A DNA stretch of 64,000 nucleotides, taken from assembly GCA_004431415.1 (NCBI GenBank), contig QPMI01000527.1, positions 124,001 through 188,000 on the forward strand, in the 5' to 3' direction. The notes beneath the pieces are model-generated. The model was not told the origin of the DNA, did no database searches, and worked only from the letters and a program-made list of their open reading frames with translations. The stretch's first letter is position 1. Each line of letters opens with the position of its first letter. Both the position numbers and the translations under genes were made by a program. Origin of the DNA: Cyanophora paradoxa CCMP329 (Eukaryota > Plantae > Glaucophyta). Below are positions 50,625 to 60,500 of this stretch, piece after piece.

Positions 50625-53076
50625 CCACGCGCCCTCGCCGCGGATCGTGCGGCGGAGCTGCGGTCGCCCGCCCCGCCGGTCAGGGGAGGACGGGGATCGA
50701 GCCCGCCCGGCGGGCAGAGGCCTAGGGGCGGGGGCACCTGAATATCCTGCGCGCGGATGCGGCGGGCGGCGTCAGCCGCCGTCCGCGGGGGAAGGGGCGT
50801 GCCCTGGGCTGGACGGTCGTGCGGCTGCGGTGGATCGCCACGAGGTTGGACCCCACAAAGGTCTGGACCAGGTGCATCTCGGCCGCCTCGCGCCTCCGCC
50901 GCCGCCCGCCGCGGCCGAGCCGCGCCGCCGCCCGCCGCGCCTCCGCCCGCCCAGCAAGTCGCGCCGCCGCCGGCCGAGCCTCCCGCCCCGCCCGGCAAGC
51001 CGCGCAACCGCCCGGCCCGCCCGTCGGGCCTCGCCGCCGGCGAGCCGCGCCGCCGAAAGGCCTCGCCGCCCGCCGCGCCTCCGCCCCGTCCGGCGAGCTG
51101 CGCCGCCGCCCGCCGCGCCTCCGTCCCGCGCGGTCGCCCGCGCCGCCCGCCGCGGCCCTGAGGCCTCGCGGCCCGCGCCAGCCCGCCCCACGCGTCCTCG
51201 CCACCCGCCACGCCTCCGCCCGCCGGGCCGCCTCGCGCGCCTCACAAGTCTTGCAGCCGAGCCGGCCCCACGCGTCCTCGCCGCGGATCGCGCGGCGGAG
51301 CTGCGGTCGCCCGCCAAGCCGGTCAGGGGAGGACGGGGATCGAGCCCGCCCGGCGGGCAGAGGCCTAGAGGCGGGGGCACCTGAATATCCTGCGCGCGGA
51401 TGCGGCGGGCGGCGTCAGCCGCCGGCTCGTGCGCGCGCGAACGCGGGGGAGGGAAGCGTGCCTTGGGCTGGATGGCCGTGCGGCTGTGTTGGATCGCCAT
51501 GAGGTTGGCCCCCTCAAAGGTCCTGGTCGGGTGCATCTCGGCCGCCTCGCGCAGCGCCTCGATCGCCTCCTTTTGCCAGCGCAGGTCCTCGCAGGCGAAG
51601 CCGGCCTCGCGCCGGCGCTTGGACTCGTCCCGAGCCAGCTCCTTGACCTGCGCCCCGCCCGCCCCCGTCGGCCTTGCCTCCCGCCCCGTCCCGCGCGGCC
51701 GCCCGGGCGGGCGCACCGGGCGATCGAAGGGCGCGTAGGCGCTGGTGCTTGTGGTGCTTGTCGGGAGCAAGGGAGGCGAGGGGATTGAAGGTCTTCTGGT
51801 GCCTGCGGATCTGAGGGAGCGCGGGACCGGTCGGGGACGAAGGAGGCGAATGGGATGAGGACGGGCGCTGGTTGTCTCAAGAGAGGGCGCCGGGGCGGAC
51901 CTCGCTGAGGGCGACCGTTCGTCCCTGGGCCCGGGCCCGGCGCACGCAGCGCTCAGCCGCGGAGCCGGCGGGGTCAGGCGGGGGGGGTCGGAGTGGCGCA
52001 CCCGGGCGGTGCCTGCGGGCGGGCGCGCGGGGCGTGCGGGGGTTAGGCGGTGCAGGACAGAGAGAGGGGGCGGGGGGACGGCGGGGCCCGGCGGGGGGAT
52101 CGGGGCGGCGCACCGACGGGCGGAGCCCGCGGCGTAAGGCGTTGCGGGAAAGAGGGGGCGGGGGGGCGCGCTCGCGCTTCCGGCGGACCTGTGCGGCCTC
52201 TTCAATGCCCCCGGCGGCGGGGGCGCTCTTCCGCGCGGCCTTGGTCGCCCGGCGCCTCCTCGGCGCCTTGCCCCCGGTCGACCTCTTTGCCGTCTGCTAC
52301 CGCCGCTGCCGCCGCTGCTCCCGACCTCGCCTGCGGGAGCCTGTATTTCAGCGTCGGCCGGCGGGGAAAAGGGAGGGGAGGGGGTTCGCGCGAAGCGCCT
52401 CACCGGGGAGCGGCCGGGGGGGCGAAGGATTCGGGGGTAGAAAAGAAGGGGCGGGGGCGCCGAGGGCGGGCCCCGGGCGGCCCACCCTCCGGGGACGAAG
52501 CGGGAGGGGGGCGGGCGGCCGGAGGACGGCGCGGGACACCCCCGCGGCCCGACCCTCGGATCCTCCAGGCGATCGCCCCCTCTCGCGAGCGTCGGATCGA
52601 CGGCGGCCTGCATGCCGGGTGAGGAGAATCAAACAATCGACCCTAGCGGCCCATATGGGCGCACCGGCCGACGGCGGGACCTCGTCCGGCCGATCGGGCT
52701 CGTCCTCGCGGTTCGTTTAGAATAAAGATCGGGCCGAAGTGGCGCCCTAAGGGGGGGTACGTGCACACCAGCGCCGCACCTCACCTTCGATTCAGGACCC
52801 CGTTGTCGCTTCTCCCCGCCAAATCGACCCCGGGGAATCGATTGGCGGGGTCGGCGGGGGGCGTAGAGGGGGTACTGGAGCGCCAGGTAGGGGTCGGGGA
52901 TTTGATGGCGGCGGAACCTTGTCAAACCCGAGTCAACCGCAGCCTATGGGTGTTGGGAGACGATGGGGAGGGGTTTGAGCGCACTCTGCCGCTCCGGCGC
53001 CGAGCGACATGCTTTCGAACGACCCGAGGTTGCTGCCGCGCGGCTTCTGCCGACCGTAGCGCGCCCCAGAGGCCAT
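50625..53076 (-). pseudogene. Divergent histone H3-family gene, degenerate copy 2, with its last exons duplicated
   Basis: QTAKRSTGGKAPRRRRATKAARKSAPAAGG..KRPHR, TVALSE, IRRHQKTFNPL..YAPFDR, VKELARDESKRRREAGFACEDLRWQKEAIEALREAAEMHPTRTFEGANLMAIQHSRTAIQPK, 9-nt exon DIQ (51381-51389), LRRAIRGEDA. A second copy of the C-terminal exons lies at 50625-50895. Confidence 0.82.
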
Positions 53077-53471
53077 CTGTGCACCCTAAGATCGTACGGA
53101 GAGCGTTTGCCCGCGCGGGGCGGGCGGGAACTCCGTGCGTTCGCAGGATGCGCCAGCGACCGCGCGGCGGCTCGAGGAGCGAGCGGCGAACGCGGACCGA
53201 TCGGGCATGGAATGAGAGCCGCAAACGCCACTAGACTCGTTCCCGATCCGCCAGGCGTGCAACCTGTGACGAAGAGCCCACGTCAGCTTTTCATCGAGCG
53301 AAGCGCGCGAGCGGCGCACCTGCGACGACGTCTGGCTGCGGGCTGTAGGACCGGGAATGCTGGTCGCCTCTCAAGGCTCAAGCCTCAAGGCTCAAACCTC
53401 AAGCCAACTTGGGGGTACAAGGACTCAAAGGCGCGCGGCTCTGCTGCATGGCTACGACGCTTCCGTGAACG

Positions 53472-55430
53472 ATGTCGTCCTCTCGCGTGCGGAGAAGCGG
53501 GCTCGTGTCGATGAGGCAGCGGCGGCCGCGGCCGGCGACTCGAGGCAGGCGGCAGCGGAGGCGACGCGCCCGCAGCCGCGCAAATTGCGGGCGTGTTCGA
53601 TGCGCTGCCGGACGCGGTGGCGAGCAACGCGTTCGAGTCGCTCGGGCCGCGTGCGATGTGGCCCCTGCGCGGCGTGTGCAGGTCCGCCCCCGCGCTCCTG
53701 ATCGAATTCGTTGCCGAGGCCGCCGGGTCGCAGGCGGTGGCGGCGGGTGATCGAGGAGACGGAGTGGTCAAGCTTTGAGCTGCGGACGGACGAGGAGAAG
53801 TCGGCTGGCTCGGCGCCGTCGAGCCACGACGCCGCCACGGCGCTCGTGGAGAAGCGGAAGCTGCGGCTCGGCGACGGCGCGAGCGTCTCGCTCGGGGCCG
53901 GCTAGCGCGAGGTGGAGGCGGCCTGCGGGCTCCTCGCGTCCATCGTCCGCAGCGGCGGCGGCGGCGGCGGCGGCGGCGGAGCGGCGCCTGCAGCTGCGCA
54001 GCCGCGGGAGGTGGTCTTCGCGATCCTCGGATCCGAGGACGAGGACGAGGAAGACGGCTGCGGCGAGGGCTTCCTGAGGTGCTTCGTGCTCGGAGCGCTG
54101 CGGGCGCTGCGGCCGCCGGGGGGCGCCCCCGGCCGCCTCGAGGGGCTCCACCTTTGCCTCAAGAATCGGGTCTACGCGCAGACCCGCGGCCGGATGGACG
54201 TGCCGCTGCCGCCGGGAGACGAGCTGCGGGCCGCCCTCTCCCCGTTCGGCGAGCTCCGCTCCCTGACGCGCTACTTCCAAGCCCACGACAGTGGAGCCAC
54301 GCCGGAGGCCGCGGCGGCGGCCGCCGCCGCCTGCCCGCTCCCCCGCTCCCTCAGCTTCCGCCCCGACCTCGCTTCGGAGTCGGCGGCGCTGGCGGCGCTC
54401 GCGCCCCTCGCGCGCCTCGAGCGGCCCGCGCCGCTCTTCGGCGCCGCGCGCTCGGACCTCTGCCTCGCGGCGGACGCCTCCGGGGGCGGCTTCGGGCCGA
54501 TCGCGGGGGGCCCCGCCGGCCGGAGCCTCCGCAGCCTCTGCCTCCTCGACGAGGAGCTGGTCCGCTCGCTGGTGCGCGGCCCTCTCGCTCTCACTCCCTC
54601 CGATCCGCCTCATTCTTCTTGAAGTCCTTCCCGCAGGTCGGATGCCTTCCCGAGGCCCTCGGGCATCGCCGCCCCCCGCTTCTACCGCCTCAGGAGAGCG
54701 GATCCCTCCGAGGCCGCCGTCCGCGCGCTGGCGTGCCTGCCGAGGCTGGAGCGACTGGAGCCGCTGGGGGTACGCGTGCGACCCCGGCCCGCGCCCGCGC
54801 CCGCCTCGCCTCGCCTCGCCTCACCGCCCTCCGGCTCGCAGCTGATTCTGAACCGCGTGCCGCTGGAGACCGCCCGCCCGCGCCCTCGGTGGCGCCGCGG
54901 GCCTGCGCGGGCTCCCCCTCCGCCTCGAGGACGGCGGCCTCGCCGCGAGCGCGGCCGCCCGGCCCGGCCTCTCCGGTGCTCTACGAGCTCTACGGTGCGC
55001 CCACCCGCTGCGCCGGATCGGATGTGATCTGATCTGATCCATCTAATCCATCTGATCCGACCCCCTAGGGAGGGGGGACGTCGTCGCCCTCCCCTCCGGC
55101 GCCGGCGCCCGGCGGGCCCTCGCCGAGCTCGACGCGGTCCTCCGGCGGCCCCTCTCCGGGGCCGAGGCGGGGGCGGCCGCCGCCCTCCCCGGGGGCCCCC
55201 CGCCGCCTCCTCCTCTCCGCTCGGCTCGAGCCCAGCGCCGCCCTCCGACCCTACGAGGTGCCCCGCACCCGCCCCGCCCGCCCCTCCCGCCCCTGAGCTT
55301 CTTCTTTCCCCACAGATTCTGGCTTCCTAACAGATTCTGGCGCGCCTGTGTCCCGAGGTCGCCATCAAAGTCGAGCTCGCGTGCGGCGGGGCGCAGGCCC
55401 TACCCTGACCGCCGAGCTACCTCTTCCCCC
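53472..55430 (+). pseudogene. F-box / LRR-like gene, degenerate copy 2
   Basis: FDALPDAVASNAFESLGPRAMWPLRGVCR|RWRRVIEETEW. Stop at 53903-53905. ELRAALSPFGELRSL and GPAGRSLRSL repeats. Paralog of 23095-25274. Confidence 0.62.
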
Positions 55431-55689
55431 CAGGCCTTCTTCTCTCTCCCAACCCCCCTCCCCCCCTCCTCGCGCACTACCTTCCCCCCTCCCCTCCCCC
55501 TCGTGCTTTCTTCCCCTTCCCCCTCGCTACCTCCCCGGCTTCCCCTCAACCCCCCCTTCGCCCCCCCCCCCCCCCCCCCCGTCTTCTTTCCCTCCCAACC
55601 CTCCCACCCCAACCCCGACCCTGCCCCCCCCCCCCCCACCCACCCCCCACCCCCCCACCCCCCTCCCCCACCGGCGCCGGTCGCGGCGG

Positions 55690-56553
55690 AGCGACGACGG
55701 GCAAGTCGCCACATGGTCTCCTCCGCCACGCATGGTCGCCAGGGCTCCTCGGTCCTGCGGCCCCGGGCGCTCCTCGTCAAGGGCCAGCTGGCCTGGGCCG
55801 CCGGCGACGCCCGCGCGGCGGCGCTGCACTGGACGGACGCGGCGGAGCTCGCCTCGCGGCTGCTGATGCCGGAGGACCTCGCCCTCGCCTACTTCCACCT
55901 GGCGCGGCGGGCGGGGACCTCGGACGGGCCCCTCACCGCCATCCGTGCCGACCGCGCCCGGCGGCTCTTCGCGGCCACCGGCAACTCCTGGTGCGCTCCG
56001 CTGGGACATGGGAAGTGAGAGATAGAGAACGCGGCTGACCGCTCCCGCTTGCAGGCTCTTCGGTCGGGCGATGACGGAGATCCACGTGGTCACGCCCTCG
56101 GCGGCCCGCGCGGCCGCCCAGGCCCGCGAGGCGCGGCAGGCGGCCGCCGCCGCCGCCGCTGCCGCCGCCGCCGCCTCCGCCCCCGCCGCGTCGTCGTCGG
56201 CGGCGTCTGCGAGTCCGCAGCGGCAGCCGCGGGCCTCGGCCAACATGTCGCCCCCTCCCCACCCGGCGGCGGCCGCCTCGTCCTCCTCGCCGCCGCCGGC
56301 CCCGCAGGCGCCGGCCTCGCCGGCGGGCAGCGGCAGCAGCTCCGTGGCGACCTCGGCCGCCCGCAGCCGGGCCGCCTGGGGCTCGCCGGCCCCGGGCCCC
56401 AACCCGGCCCCGGCCTCTCTGGACCCCGGGCCCCCGGCCGTCCTCTCCGCCCCCGTCTCCCAGTCCGGCTCCGCCCTCTCCGACGGCTCGGCCCAGGGGC
56501 CCCCGCCCCCGCCCGAGCCGGCCCCGGCGCCCGCCGTCCAGATGCGCTCCTGA
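55690..56553 (+). pseudogene. ADCY10-like/TPR gene 3' fragment (copy 4)
   Basis: Near-identical to ~4800-5626. Ends VQMRS*. Confidence 0.85.
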
Positions 56554-56792
56554 CTAGCTCGCCGGGCCGGGCCTCGCCCCTAACGCTAGCTGCGCATGCT
56601 GCTTTTAGATTATGCCTGTACATGTGTATATGCGAGTAGGAGCGCCTTCAGCGTCGGGGTGCGAGCAGCCTCGAGCTCGAGCTCGGAGCAGCCTCCGAGC
56701 AGGCCCTAGCACGTAATTCCGGTCGACCTACAGGCTATAGCTCGTCGAGCAGGGTACCGGTCAAACGGCACATGGCAATATTAATTTTATAT

Positions 56793-57199
56793 GTTATTTT
56801 GCTTTTTTGTCTTTATGCCCCCTGGGCAGCCCCCGCAGTGCTGCCACTGTGCTGGTGTCTAGAGACTGTGGGCCTGTGGCCGGTAATTCACCAAAAAAAA
56901 TTAATTTTGTCCTCCGCTTCTTAGTGATGTAATTCCTTCCGATATTGATGGTATCTCTAGCTCTGGCTCTTCTTCGTGTCAGTCATCCTCTGTCCCTAGA
57001 TCTGCTCGATTTCTCGTCTCTTCTCGATCTGTCTCGAGCTCTGTGTCTTTCCTTTTTTATTGTCGATTTTGGCTCTTTGTCTTATCTTTCTTCGTGCTCT
57101 TGTCTTAGTTATTTTGCTTTTTTGTCTTTATGCCCCCTGGGCAGCCCCCCGCGCGCAGTGCTGGTGTCTAGAGACTGTGGCCGGTAATTCACCAAAAAA
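56793..57199 (+). mobile_element. Two tandem LINE A 3' fragments (56793-56900 and 56903-57199)
   Basis: Each ends GGCCGGTAATTCACC(A)n. The second starts at the same point as the 6007 fragment. Confidence 0.88.
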
Positions 57200-57506
57200 C
57201 AAAACTGCATCATGATCATCATCATGATCACCTGCAGCTGTACCCCCTCGCGGATCCAGCATCATCCAGGCTGCAGCTGCAGCCTGCAGCCTGCAGCCTG
57301 CGGAGCTCGAGCCAGCAGCCGCGCCAGTCTCGCCGGCGAGAGTCGCCGCCAGACTGCCAGAGGCTGCATCTGCAGTCTAGTCTAGATCTAGATCTGCAGC
57401 TGCCGGCGACTCGGTCTGCCGCGCGCGCTCTGTGAGCGAATTCGAATAGCCAGCAGCTGCAGCGCCACACGCTCGCCGACGCCGTTTCCTCGTCGACTCG
57501 GCGAGG

Positions 57507-60500
57507 ATGTCCGGGATAGGCCGCGGGCGCGGCCGGTCGGCGCGTCCTGGTGCGCCGCGCGCGCTCCGATTCTCGCCCTCGAAGTCCCGGCCCGCGCGTC
57601 GCTGACCGCGACCGGCTCTCCAGCTGCAGCTGGATGGCTTCCGAGTGCGATGGATGCGACCCCTGCGGCGGTAACCTTCGTCCCGTATGGGAGCGGTGCG
57701 CAGACCTACAAGGACCCACTAGGACGCTCCCAGCTGCAGCTGCCGGACGCTGGTCGGCGCCGGCCTCGCTCATGCATCCGCAGGTTCTGCCTCGCCGATG
57801 GCCGCCGCCGCGGCCGGCGACGTCGACGACCGCGTCCCGCTCCTCGCCGCGGCGCAGAGCACGTCGCCGTCCAGCGCTGAGCTGGCGCCGGCCTCGGCTC
57901 CCGAACGAAAAGCCGCCTCCAGCACAGCTCCAGCGCCCACAGCGCCGGCCGCGGCCGCGGCCGCTTCCCTTGGAGCTGGCACGGCTGGCGCGGCTGCAGC
58001 CGGAGCCGCCGGCGTCGGCCAGCTGCAGCCTGCCAGCGCTGCTAGCGCGGCGTCGCCCGGGGTCGAGCCATGGATCCATGCCGCTGCGACGGGGGACGTC
58101 AACGTGCTTCGGTGCGCTTCCTCCCCCTCCCCTCCATCCCCCCCGCCATACCCCCCCCTCCCCCTCATCGATATTGCCACATGTACAACCCCCCCCTCCC
58201 CCCCCCTCCTTCCCCCCTCCCCAATATTTTGGACGTCAACGACCTTAAGTGCGCCGCCCCCCCCTCCCCCCCTCCTCCCCCCCTCCCCCCTCCTCCACCC
58301 CCTCCCTACCCCCTCCCCTGCCGCCGCTCGCCCCCCCCTCCTCCTCCTCCCCCCCCCCACCCCCCCACCCCCACCCTTCCCACATTGCACTTTGGATCGA
58401 AGGGCCTCGCAGGGCGATGCTGCAGGGAGGCCGGCCGGTCGACGTCGATTCAAAGAACGAAGAAGGCCTCACCGCGCTCTACATCGCATGCGAGAACGGC
58501 CACGAGGCCGCAGCGCGGCTCCTGCTCGAGCGCGGCGCGGATTCGATGCGGCCTTGCGGCGAAAGGGGCAGGCTCCCAATTCACGCGGGAGCCGCTGGCG
58601 GGCACGAGCACATCGTGAGGTGCCCTGCAGGAATCCTGCATCATCCTTGCCAACCAAACACCCCTGCAGGCTTCTGCTAGGGCGCGGGATTCCTGTGGAT
58701 GTGAAGTCCAGACGAGGGGCTACGGTCTTTTACATTGCATGCCAGGAAGGCCGCGAGGCCATGGCGCGGCTCCTGCTCGAGCGCGGAGCGGATACCTCGC
58801 TGGTGGACGAAAAAGGCTGGCACCCCCTCCACATCGCTTCAAACAACGGGCACGGAGCAGTTGTCAGGTGCGGCGGGCCCGGCTTTGCTTTCCACCGTCG
58901 GACTGCATGCGATCTCGTGCGCCGGCTGCAGGCTGCTGCTGGAGCGGGGGGCGCCGGTAAATGCAAAGGACAAGAACAATTTCACACCACTCTTTTGTGC
59001 AGCCGAGATGGGTCACGTGGATGCCGTGCAGCTCCTGCTCGAGCGCGGAGCAGACCCTGCGCTCCCGTGCGGTCCCAACGGCTTCCACCCCCTCCACATT
59101 GCTTCAAACAACGGGCACGGAGCCGTTGTCAGGTGCGGCGGGCCCGGCCCTGCTTTCCACCGTCGGACTGCATGCGATCTCGTGCGCCGGCTGCAGGCTG
59201 CTGCTGGAGCGGGGGGCGCCGGTAAATGCAAAGGACAAGAACAATTTCACACCACTCTTTTGTGCAGCCGAGATGGGTCACGTGGACGCCGCGCGGCTCC
59301 TGCTCGAGCGCGGAGCAGACCCTGCGCTCCCGTGCGGCCCCAGCGGCTCGCAGCCCCATCATGTTGCTGCAATGAATGGACACGGAGCAGTTGTCAGGTG
59401 CGGCGGGCCCGGCCCTGCTTTCCACCGTCGGACTGCATGCGATCTCGTGCGCCGGCTGCAGACTGCTGCTGGAGCGCGGGGCGCCGGTGGATGCAAAGGA
59501 CAAGAGCGGTCTCACTGCGCTCTCTTTTGCAGCCCGCAACGGTCACGTGGACGTCGCGCGGCTCCTGCTCGAGCGCGGAGCGGATCCTGCGCTCCCGTGC
59601 GGTCCCAGCAGCTTGCAGCCCCTTCGCATTGCTGCAATGAATGGACACGGAGCTGTTGTCAGGTGTGGCGGGCCCGGCCCTGCTTTCCACCGTCGGACTG
59701 CATGCGATCTCGTGTGCCGGCTGCAGGCTGCTGCTGGAGTGCGGGGCGCCGGTGGATGCGAAGTGCGAGAGCGGTCTCACTGCGCTCTCTTATACAGCCC
59801 AGAACGGTCACGTGGACGTCGCGCGGCTCCTGCTCGAGCGCGGAGCAGACCCTGAGCTCCCGTGCGGTTCCAGGGGCATTCAAGCACTTCACATCGCTGC
59901 TGAGTTGGGGAACGGAGCCTTTGTCAAGTGCGGCAATCGAGAGCTCCGGGGGACTGTTTTTGCTTTCTGACTGCACGATTGTGTGCTCCGACCGCAGGCT
60001 TTTGCTGGATCATGGGTCACCGGTGAATGCAAAGACCAACACAGGTTCCACGGCACTCTCTTCTGCGTCCCGTTATGGTCATGAGGCCGTGGCACGGCTC
60101 CTGCTTGAGCGCGGCGCGGACCCCAGTCTGGACGACAACGAAAACAGGCTGCCCATTCATGCAGCTGTCGTATCCGGGAACATGCCTCTCTTCAAGTACG
60201 TATTATTGATAAGCCTCTGAGCCGTGGCCGCATCCATCCAGATACCTGACAAGCTCGCTGCAGACTCTTCCTCGAACTCGGGAACCCGTGACGGCAACCT
60301 GCGACAAAGGGAAAACGATATTGCACATTGCCGCCATATATGGTTGCGTTGATATAATCAGGTGCCCGATCATGATGATGACTGTGCATATGCTAGCGCT
60401 CTCACGTTTGCTTGAGCTGAATTGTTGGTGCAGATTAATATTGAGCCTGCAGCAAGGGGCAGAGCTGGAAGCGGTAGATGAACGTGGTTTCACACCGCTT

